Source: Octopus sinensis
Taxonomy: Eukaryota
Direction: 5' to 3'
Assembly (NCBI RefSeq): GCF_006345805.1
Contig: NC_043002.1
Coordinates: 107,074,001-107,138,000 of the forward strand
Length of the DNA stretch: 64,000 bases
The number at the start of each line of letters is the position of its first letter. Position 1 is the stretch's first letter. The notes below the pieces were generated by a model. That model worked only from the letters and a program-made list of their open reading frames with translations, did no database searches and was not told the DNA's origin. This document shows positions 14,301 through 26,732 of the stretch, one piece after another. Made by a program: the position numbers and the translations under genes.

Positions 14301-16209
14301 GAACCACATGATTAAGTCTACATGTGTCTTAATTGTCTGCCTGAGTATGTAAGAATCTGTGTTATGAACAGCTGTTGTTATCCTGTGTTTAGCATCATTT
14401 ACTTTGGAACAAATTCTTCGGCAATCTTTCGTTTTGACTTGAAAAATGTAAACAAAGAATTTGGTAGTTTCTGTGACCACGTGTTGTCTTGTCAACTGTC
14501 AGTTGACCTCTGGAAAACGGGGAAGAGAAAGCTAATGGGTTGTGCGTGCGTGCTTGTTTCTCTGTGTGTATTTGTGTGTGTGTGTATGTGCGTGTGCTTG
14601 TTCTTCTGTGTATGTGCGTGTGTGTGCGTGTATGCCTGTTCTGTTTGTATGTATTTATGTGTTGCACACACACACACACACACACAAACAAGAACAAGCA
14701 CGTACACACACACACACACACACAAAGGAACAAGCATGCACACACACACACACACACACAAACAAGAACAAGCACGTACACACACACACACACACACACA
14801 AAGGAACAAGCATGCACACACAGCTAGAACAACTGACAGAGGTCAACTGACAGCTGACAAGACAACACATGTTCACGGAAACCACCGAATTCATTGTTTA
14901 CATTTTTCGAGTCAAAACGGAAGATCACCAATTCTTCATCATTGTTGCTATCTCCTTTTTCTGTGCTGACATGTTTCGGAGGTTAGTATCCATCCACTTG
15001 CTCCAGCTTGTCATCATCTGTTGTGCATATAACAGAAGAACCTGTCAGTTTGTGTCGCTGTATAAGTCATATGTTTTGGCTTAGTTTTCAGGGCTGAATA
15101 CTCTTAATGCCTTTTACTGTGACACCGGCACTAGACATGTTGTCTGCTATGGCTAAAGACACTTCCACTCTGTGCCATTTGTTTTCAGATTTAGTGTTCT
15201 GGGTAGGTTCCATTCATTGCAACATAAAGAGCCTACATTTGTGCTATGACTGGGAGACCACATTAGTGGGGGCTGTGTTTAACTAGAAAGTGGGTTTGCA
15301 CTTGCAATCAATGGTTGCTTTGAATAAAAGCAGTTTCTGTGTTATAAAGACTTGGGTCTTATTTACAGAGAAGATCCCATATTAGTAACCTGAGTTAGTT
15401 GGGCATTAACCTTTTGAGCCCCAACCTACTGAACCCTATTTTACCATATACCTGGTACTCCACCGGTGCTACGGTACAGAGAACAATAAGTCCACTGGTA
15501 AACCAGTGTTTACTCACAAGGTTTTGGTCGGCCCGAGGCTATAGTAGAAGACACTTGCCCAAGGTGCCACACAGTGGGACTGAACCCAGAACCATGTGAT
15601 CGGGAAACAAGCTACTTACCACACAGTCACTCCTGCACCTATGTTTATTTTTCAACGATATCTGTCTTTTATTTGTAGGCTGTTGGAGCATCTTCAAGAG
15701 TTTTTGAATTGCTTGATAGGGAGCCCTTAATTTCCATGGAGACAGGCGTTTGCCCAGATAAAATTGATGGAGGTAAGAATTCTTCTTTATCATCATTTTG
15801 GATTGGTAGAAAATTTAAATCATCTTGTGGTATTTGTTCAGGTCCCTTACATTCTGAGTTCAAATCCTGCCAGGATCAGATTTGTCTTTCGTTCTTCTTG
15901 GGCCAATGGAATAAAGTACCAATCAAGTACTGGGGTCAGTGATACCAATTAAAACCTCTCCCCTCAAATGATACTAAATTAGAAACTGTTATTAAAGGTA
16001 GCAGCGTTTCTTCTCACTCTTCATGTTCTGAGTTCAAATTCTGCTGAAGTCAAGCTTGCATTTCATCCTTTTGGGGATTCATAACATAAGTACCAGTTAA
16101 ACAGTGGGGTCAGTGTCATCAACTAATCCTCTCCCCCCAAAAATTTCAGGCCTTGTGCCTTTAATAGAAAGGATTGTTATTATCATTATTATTGTTGTTG
16201 TTACGAGCC

Positions 16210-16253
<44 letters not shown>

Positions 16254-19151
16254 TTTCCTTTTTATTATATAGAACTTCTTGGCTTTTGGTCAGGCAGTTT
16301 TTTTTTTTCAAAATTTTTTCAAAGGCACTTATTATTATACTGGTTGCTTGACCTTGCCTTTCATCCTTCCGAGGTTGATATTATTATTACTACTACTACT
16401 ACTACTACTACTACTACAGTTCAAATTCTGCCGAGGCTGACTTTGCCTTTCAACCTTTCGCGGGTCGATTACGCACTGATACGCACTGAGGTTGATGTAA
16501 TCGACTTAATCCCTTCCCTCAAATTGGAAGCCTTGTGCTTCCAGTAGAAGGGATTATTATTATTATTATCATTATTATTATTCAAAGGATGGTGGCATGT
16601 AAAAAGCACCATTCGAGATTTGTCGATGTCAGTGCTGGCTGACTAGTCCCATGCCGGTGGCATGTAAAAAGCACCATTTGAGTGTGGTCATTGCCAGTGC
16701 CATCTGACTGGCCCTCATGCCTGTGGTATGCAAAAAGCACCATTCAAGCGTGGTCATTGCCAGTGCCGCCTGGCTGGCCCTCATACCGGTGGCATGTAAA
16801 AAGCACCCACTACACTCTCAGAGTGGTTGGCGTTAGGAGGGGCATCCAGCTGTAGAAACTTTGCCAGATTAGATTGGAGCCTGTTGCAGCCTCCTGGCTC
16901 GCCAGCCCTAAACGATGACGATGACGACGATAATGACAGTGGCTTGGCAGAATCATTAAAGTATTGGACAAAATGCTTTGGAATATTTCTTCTACTGTTT
17001 TATGTTCTGAGTTCAAATCCTACCAAAGTTAACTTTGCTCTTAACTGCCTAGGGTCAATGAAATAAAAGGAACACTCCGTCGGTTACGACGATGAGGGTC
17101 CCAGTTGATACGATCAACGGAACAGCCTGCTCGTGAAATTAACGTGCAAATGACTGAGCAATCCACAGACACGTGTACCCCTAATGTAATTCTCAGGGAG
17201 ATTCAGCGTGACACAGAGTGTGACAAGGCCGGCCCTTTGAAATACAGGTACAACTCATTTTTGCCAGCTGAGTAGACTGGAGCAACGTGAAATAAAGTGT
17301 CTTGCTCAAGGACACAACGCGTCGCTGGGAATCGAACTCACGACCTTACAATCGTGAGCCGAATGCCCTAACCACTAAGCCACGCGCCTTCACTCAATGA
17401 AATAAAGGACCCAGTCAAATACTGGGTTTGATGTAATCAAATTATTCCGCTTCTCTCAAAATTGCTGGCCTTGTGCCTAAATTTGAAATTATGATTATTT
17501 ATAGCAGTCTGACGATGGGAAGTGTTGCCACTGTCAGTATTATCAGTTCTATGATACAAAAGGACAATAATTATAGCATTAGACTAACAAGCACCTTTGT
17601 TAAAATTTGTACCTTTTGTGTTTTTTTTTTTTTTTGCTCATTTATCACATAATTCTTATATCTTCTTATAATATATTGAAACGATACTAATTTTCAAAAT
17701 AAAAAAATATTTATAATATTTAAATTGGATCAGCAAATTTGTTATTTGTATATTAGCAATTAATATATGCTTATGATAACAATGATAATACTGTTTAATT
17801 ATCTCTCTCTATATAAACGGCAGTTTGTCTGTGCGTGTTTCTGTGTGTCTGTTTTCTCGTACCCTCACCCTGACCACAGCTTTCAACCAATTCTGATGAA
17901 ACTTGACACACACATAGCCCAATGTCATAATTCAAAACTAACGCAGCGAAAATTTTGAAAAGTTCCCCCAGTTCTGAAAAAAATCGATAAATTCGACATG
18001 GGGTCGAGAATCAGAAACCCAAACCACAGACCGTCTAGGGGACGCAACTCCACCTTTTTTAACTCTCAAAAAAATTTACCATCATTTTTTTCCCTTTTTT
18101 TGCTATTTTTTGGCTATAACTCTCTAAAAATGCTTATAGTTATTTCCCTTACAAACCTGAGCAACGCCGGCGATACTGCTAGTCTTTATATATAAAAGTG
18201 AAGTTGTGTGTCTGTCTCCTACGATTTAGATTCCTAACAACTCCCACATTTTGCGGTGCAGTTTAACCAAAAGCGGGTATCTTATAGTCGTGATTCATAT
18301 CGAGCCCTTCTGGGTATTAGCGCGTGTCTACGATGAGTCTACGATTTAAAAAAAATTTACCATAATTTCCCCGCACTTTTAATGCATTTTCGCTCGGTTT
18401 ATATAAGGGAAGTAACTCTCTATAAATGCTTATATAGTTATTTCCCTTACAAACCCGAGCAACGCCGGGCGATACTGCCAGTTAATTATAAAGATCATAT
18501 ATATTACCGTTGTGGCAATTGCCAAGGAAGAGAATTATCTTATCGGAGTTATCTCCCTTGCTACCGTTACTACCATTGGAGTTATCTCCCTTAGCATCCT
18601 ATCATCAAGCCAGCAATATGTTAGATCAGTGGTTCTCAACCAGGGGTTTCCGGACCCCTGGTGGTCAGTAAAGGTAGTACTGGGGATCCGTGAACTAAAT
18701 TCAAAATTTCGTGTGTGTGTGTGTATGTGTGTGTGTGTGTGTATATATGTGTGTGTATTTATATATATATATATATATATATAGTGAAAGCGCATTGCTC
18801 AGTGATTAGAGCGTCGAGCTTGAGGTTGAGGTTGTGAGTTCAATTCCTGGACTGGGCTGAGTGTTCTGTTCTTGGGCAAGACACTTTATTTCACATTGCT
18901 CCAGTTCACTCAGCTGCAGAAATGAGTTGCGACGTCACTGGTGCCAAGCCGTATCAGCCCCTTTGCCTTTCCCTTGGATAACATCGGTGGCATGGAGAGG
19001 GGAGGCTGGTATGCATGGGCGACTGCTGGTCTTCTATTAAAACAACCGTAGGTTGTGCGTTCACCAGTGAGGCGACTTTACACCCAGACTTGTACCCTGG
19101 AGAGGAACCTCTTAGGTTCACCATGGTCATTCGTGACCCCGACGAAGTCGT

Positions 19152-19232
<81 letters not shown>

Positions 19233-19255
19233 GTATAATATATATATATATATAT

Positions 19256-19294
<39 letters not shown>

Positions 19295-19369
19295 GTATAT
19301 ATATATAATATATATGTATATATATATAATATATATGTATAATATTATATATATATATGTATATATATA

Positions 19370-19461
<92 letters not shown>

Positions 19462-19544
19462 GTGTATATATATATATATATATGTGTATATATATATACA
19501 CACACATATATAGAGAAAGAAGAAGAGAAAGAAGAAGAAAAAGG

Positions 19545-19590
<46 letters not shown>

Positions 19591-21503
19591 GATTTGATAT
19601 GCAGATATCACACACACACACAAACACGTAGATATACAGCATAGATAAAATCTGTACCAGTAATATACTGAGATCAATTCAGTTGTTAATATATAATTAT
19701 TTGCCAGATTAGTCTTGTACCAAATCAAAAAGTAATCAATTTGATGTTTAACCTCCTGTCCTTATTAGGTCACATGGGTCATCAACAAGTCTCCCTTAGT
19801 AGAGCCCTCCCCCATCTCTCTTCCTGTTGGAAATCATCAATATAAGGAGTTACTAAAGTGATATGGGTCAACTGAGAATTGAACTTACGTTGCTCAGTTA
19901 ATTATCTTCTGAGAATTATCATCAGTGTGTAATTCTTGTATAGTCATTATTATAGAATGCAATGTATCCTTCCTTGTTTTTAGGCAGTATCATGTGATTT
20001 TAGGTTAAATTTAGCTGCTATTTCAAATGAGCCAGTAGAGGCCCTCTCTCATTGCTTCCTACTAACAAGGCTGTCAAAGTAGGCCACAGCCTCAGGTCCA
20101 CACATCAGAAACTTATTTCTATTTTACAATATTTCTTAAAATCCCATGGCAACAAGCTGGCAGGAATGGTAGAATGCCAGGCAAAATATTTTGTGGTGTT
20201 TTGCCTGTCTTTATATTTTGAGTTCAAATTTTGCCAAGGATGAGTTTACCTTTCCTCCTTCTGGGGTCAATAAACTAAGTACCAGTTGAGCACTGGGGTT
20301 GATGTAATTTGACTTAGCTTCTATCCCGAAATTGCTGGCCTTGTGTCAAAGTGTGAAACCAGTATTTTTTCAAAATCTGTAAAAATTAAAGAGTATTATT
20401 TATCATTAAGATGACATCTGAAGCTGTTTCCATTCTGTTGCAGCCGTGGAGTTCTGTGATGTAAAGTTTTGTTATCCGTCACGTCCTGAAAATGAAGTCT
20501 TAAAGGTAATAGCTGTGATTTCTGCTTTTTGTTGTTGTTGTTGTTGCTGTTTTGCGCCCCCCCCCCCGTCCCTGATTGAACAAAGACATTCCTTTGCAAA
20601 GTCTGATCAATACACTTCAGTTTTTATTCCACAGACATGCTACTGCTTTACCCTAAATACAAAAAGCTGATGTGGGCCATTGACAGAACCACCTGATTGG
20701 CATTCATGCCAGTGGAATGTTAAAAGCACATCTGAGCATAATCGTTGCCAGGGCCACGGATTGGCTCCCACACCAGTGGCACATAAAAAGCACCGTTCGA
20801 GCATGATTGTTGCCAGTGTCACCTTACTGGCACGTGAAAAACAACATTCGAGTGTGGTCGTTGCCAGTGTCACTAGACTGGCTCCCGTGCACGTGGCACA
20901 TAAAAAACACCTTTTGAGCATAGTTGTTGTCAGAACCACCTGACTGGCCCTCGTACTGGTGGCACGTAAACACATCCACTACACTCTCGGAGTGGTTGGT
21001 GTTAGGAAGGGCATCCAGCTGTAGAAACTCTGCCAGATCAGATTGAACCTGGTGCAGCCTTTGGCTCACCAGTCGTCAGTCAAGCCATCCAACCCATGCC
21101 AGCATAGAAAGTGGATGTTAAACAACGATGATGAGGATGATGATGACAGCTGCTTCCACTCCTCACTGGTCGCACCGCAGTGGAGAATGAAGCATGAAGG
21201 TGTTGTTGTTGTTGTTATGATGATGGTGGTGATGATGATGATGATGATAATGATGATGATGAAGAAGAAGAAGAAGAAGAAGAAGAAGAAGAAGAAGAAG
21301 AAGAAGAAGAAGAAGAAGAAAGTGGTGAGCTGGCAGAATCATTAGCATGTCAGGTGAAATGCTTAGCAGTCTTTCGTCTGTCACTACATTCTGAGTTCAA
21401 ATTCTGTTGAGGTTGACTTTGCTTTTCATTCTTTCGTGGTTAATAAATTAAATCAACTTATCCCCTCCCCCAAAATGGCTGCTCTTGTGGCAAAATTTGA
21501 AAC

Positions 21504-21534
<31 letters not shown>

Positions 21535-24094
21535 TTTATTATTTCAGGGAGTATCTTTCAAGGTTGAATCTGGCAATGTGATAGCATTAGTAGGGCCATC
21601 TGGTGGTGGGAAATCTACAATTGTGAATCTTATTGAGCGATTTTATGATCCAGATAGTGGCAAGATATTTCTTGGTAAGTTGCAATTTTGAAAATATTTT
21701 GCAAAGGACCATTTTCATTTATAGTGATGGTCATATGTCATAGTTGAAGTTTTATTCCCAAATCAGCTCTGATCAAGGGTTAGGGTTAAGTCTGATTAAG
21801 TAGACTTATGGCAAAAGGCACACTTTTTTTTTTCTCAGGAAAATTACTTTATGTATTATTTTAAGATACAGGGCAATTTGGCTGTTATTTCTAGGAGAGT
21901 GAATGACTATTTTGTACCTTCATTTGTAATTCTATTCTGTTTATATAAATATTTTAGCTTAAAAGCTGCTTGATAGGGTGGCTTTTAAGCTAGTTCTTGT
22001 AAAGGGTTCTTGATTGGGCCTTGGTCCCAACAACGACGCTTCATGCATTGAGTACATATTAAATTTCATTAAAATTGAACAATATTTTTATAATAACAGT
22101 TTTCATCAAAACCATGATTGCAAAGCTGCATGATAAACAACATGTTTTGTCTTTCCATTCGGGGTCAGTACAAATAGTATCTCCCCATTCCCAATCCTTG
22201 CACAATCAACATAGAGCTGGCCGTGTGAAAAGTTCCACCAGATGAAGCCCAGTTCCTTTCAATGATTTTCCCTGGGACTTATTGATTGACATTGCATAGC
22301 TCACTCTCACTGGAAATTGAAGTCTTTTGAACTCAAAAGGAAGATCTGGAGGAATTAAGGGGATTCTTGGAATTAAAACTCTCTCCTTTCCTGGACCAAA
22401 CACGTTTAACCCTTTCATTAATAACCCTGCTGAAGCCGCCTCTGGCTCTGTAGTACAAATGTCTTGTTTTTATAAGTTTTGAATTAAAATCTTCCACCAA
22501 ACCTGAGTCACAATTTATGTTCTTAACACTAGCTGAATGATAACTAAATTATTTTACTAAATTCTTTGTTATATTTAAAATAAATTGAAAGAAACACAGG
22601 GCATATCTACAGAAATATGGTAACCAAAGGGTTAAAATATATAATAGACAAACAATTCTTAACCCTTTTGATACCAGCGTGGCTGAAACCGCCTCTGGCT
22701 CTGTAGTACAAATGTCTTGTTTTCATAAGTTTTGAATTAAAATCTTCCACCAAAACCTTAGTCACAATTTATGTTCCTACCACCGGCTGAATAATAACTA
22801 AGTTTTTTACTAAATTCTTTGTTATATTTAAAATCAATTGAAAGAAACACAGACAATCTCAAAATAAAGACAGTAATGAAAGTGTTGAGGCCAGTTTTAC
22901 CTGCCAAGCTGTTGTTTAGCCTTGAGGGGTCCTTGATTGACTGTTACCTCTTCTATTAACCAACATCTTGGCCTACATTGGTGTCATTATTTTTTAAAGA
23001 CTGTGCTTTAAAGGAGATTTGGTTGTTATTTTTAGTGATTCAAGCAACCAAGTTGTGGTTTTTCCCTTTCATTGGTTCTAAATGGTTCCATATTAATTCT
23101 ACAGATTCACAGATTTACTTCTTATTTTCTATTTCTTTTCTTTTTACTCTTTTGTTCATGATTTTCTCTTCTCAGGTGGCTTTCACATTAAAACCTTAAA
23201 TCCGTCTTGGTTTCGTAAGCAGATTGCAATGGTTGGCCAAGAACCAACCCTGTTTGCTTGCTCCATCAGAGACAATATAGCTTTTGGACGAGACTCAACT
23301 CCAGAAGAGGTACACATGCCTTTCCTTTTTCTTTTCTTTTCTCTGTTTGTTTGTTTTTCTTTGCTGTTTCCATCAGTGGCATTATTCTTAATGTGGAGGC
23401 GCAATGGCCCAGTGGTTAGGGCAGCGGACTCGCAGTCATAGGATCGCAGTTTCGATTCCCAGATTGGGCGTTGTGAGTGTTTATTGAGCGTAAACACCTA
23501 AAGCTCTACGAGGCTCCGGCAGGGGATGGTGGTGATCCCTGCTGTACTCTTTCACCACAACTTTCTCTCACTCTTACTTCCTGTTTCTGTTGTACCTGTA
23601 TTTCAAAGGGCCGGCCTTGTCACTCTCTGTGTCACGCTGAATATCCCCGAGAACTACGTTAAGGGTACACGTGTCTGTGGAGTGCTCAGCCACTTACACG
23701 TTAATTTCACGAGCAGGCTGTTCCGTTGATTCGGATCAACCGGAACCCTCGTTATCGTAACCGATGGAGTGCTTCCATTATTCTTAATGTTCAACTACAA
23801 GACAACCAGGTTGACTTTGCCTTTCATCCTTTTGAGACTGGCTCCTTCCCCCAAATTTCGGGCCTTGTGTAGAAAAGAATAGTTTTCAGGTTCCCACTAC
23901 AGCTTGGTTGAGAGGCACACTTCCTAATCATAAAGGCACAGGTGTGTCTGTGTGAGGTAAGAAGTTTGTTTACCAACCACATGTCTCCAGGTTCAGTCCA
24001 ACTTCGTGGTACCTTAGGTGAGTGTCTTCTACTATAGCTTCAGGCCAACCAAAGCCTTATGAGTGGATTTGGTAGATGGAAACTGAAAGAAACC

Positions 24095-24152
<58 letters not shown>

Positions 24153-24321
24153 ACGATGAGCTTCTTTCAGTTTCCATCTACTAAATCCACTCACAAGGCT
24201 TTGGTCGGCCTGAGGCTATAGTAGAAGAAACTTACCCAAGGTGCCATGCAGTGGGACTGAACCCAGAACCATGTGGCTGGTAAACATACTTCTTACCACA
24301 CAGCCACTCCTGCGCCTGTGC

Positions 24322-24357
<36 letters not shown>

Positions 24358-25258
24358 ATTTGTGTGTGTGCGTATGTAGATTTCCTTTTCTAGCAATATT
24401 GTCTTGTATTATAGTAAAAATTGCTGTTGCTTAGCCCCAGGTCAGCACTAATTAAACACACTTTTCACTCAAACACATTCCATCCACGACCATCACTTCT
24501 ATTATTCAGATATATTGTATCTATGACTATATTAGCCTGCCTGTGTATATCCTTTCTTAACACTGTAGGATCTAGTTTGAGGGCAATTCGGCTGTTATCT
24601 CTAACCAGTCAAAGAACCATACAGACATTTCCTTGTTCATTCATTATTTATTTGTTGCTTAACCACCTATCATCCCTGATCAAAGGCATTCCCACCATGG
24701 CCATCCTATATAACTATTATCCAATGTATCTTTTCTGTTTTAAAACTGTAGGTTGTATGATTTGAGGGAGATTTGGTTGTTGCTTTCAGCAGACCAAGCA
24801 ATCACATGGAGACTTGTTTAGCCCCTGGCTTACCCTCATGGAACTAACACATGATCAAATGATGTTTCAAACATGACCATCTCTTATGTTTCCCAAACAT
24901 AGTGTATCTTGGACTACAACACCTCATATGTCCTTCATTTTTTAAAGATAGTAATGTTTGATTTGAAAAGGATTTAGCTGCTTTCTCTAGCAGTTTAAGT
25001 GACAATATTAATTTGTTTTGGTGGTCAAATATGGACGGTGAAGGTGTTCTAGAAGGGAGCAGTTATTGGGAGGGAAGGGTCTTGGAAGAACTTTCCATTG
25101 GGAAATCAATCACACTGTCTCTCTCTTTCTTTACATCATCATCATCACCACCATCATCATCATCATCATCATAATCATCATCAGCATCATCATTATTACA
25201 TCACCATCATCATTGTCATCACTATCATCATCATATTCATCATTATTACATCACCACT

Positions 25259-25290
<32 letters not shown>

Positions 25291-26696
25291 TATCATCATC
25301 ATTATCACCACCATCATGTTCGTTATTACACCACCACTATCAGCATCGTCATTATCATCATCAGCATCATCATGATATTCATCATTATTACACCATCATC
25401 ATCATTGTCATCACCACTATCATTATCATCACCACCATCATGTTCGTTATTACACCACCACTATCATCATCATCATCATCATGTTCATCGTTATGACACC
25501 ACTACTACCAGGATCGCCATCATCATAATTTATCAGATCCTCCTCCTTCTCTTCCTAAACCCCTCATTGCATTACATCCATGTTGACCCCTAACTAATAA
25601 ACCGTGCCTGTGCTGTTGTTCGTTACAGATTGTCGATGCTGCCAAAAAGGCCAATGCCCACAACTTCATCATGTCTTTTGAGGAAGGCTATGATACTCTT
25701 GTCGGGGAACGAGGAATCCGTCTTTCTGGTGGTCAGAAACAGAGAGTAGCCATTGCCCGGGCTTTGATTATGAATCCTTCTTTGTTATTACTTGACGAGG
25801 TGAGTTGCTTTATGTCTCAGACAAGGAGACACTGTCTCTCCAAAGCTCTTTAACCCTTTCGTTACTGTATTTATTTTGAGATGCTCTATGTTTCTTTCAA
25901 TTAATTTTAAATATAACAAAAAATTTAATAAAATAACTTATTTATCAGTAAGCTAATGTTAGGAACATAAATTGTGACTAAGGTTTGGTGGAAGATTTTA
26001 ATTCAGAACTTTTGAAAACAAGACATTTGTACTCAGAGCCAGAGCTGGTTTCAGCCGGGTTGGTATCAAAAGGGTTAACTGCATCTCTAGAAATGGTCAT
26101 CAAGGCCCTATTGGCTGGACGGGTGACGTGAACATCAATGGTAAGCAACGAACGTTATTCCGATTCACAGATGACACTGTACTCATTGCTGAAGCCACAG
26201 ACCAATTGCAGGCCGTGTGGACTGACCTGGACACTCATAGTTTAGCTTTAAATCTTAAAATGAGCTGGATGCAAACATAATATATGCATTATTATTATTA
26301 TTGTTGTTGTAGTTGTCGTCGTCATTGTTGTTGCTGTTATTGTTGTTATTATTATTGTTGTTGTTGTTGTTTTCTTCATCTTCTTCTTATTGTTACTGAA
26401 GGCAGTGAGCTGGCAGGAATGTTAGCTCGCTGGGTGATATGCTTAGCAGTATATCTCATCGACTGGCCCCCTCCTAAAATATCGGGCATTGTGCCTTGAG
26501 TAGAAAAAAAAACATTATTATTATTATTATTGTTATTATTATTATTCAGGTCATTGCCTAAAATCGAACTTGGAATCTTGGGGTTAGTAGCCTGTGCTCT
26601 TAACCACTACGCCATATGCCTGTGGAGACATCGTCTCCAGCTGGCTATATACGACACAATCTGTGTCCTTATATTTTCGAACACACAACACATATG

Positions 26697-26732
<36 letters not shown>

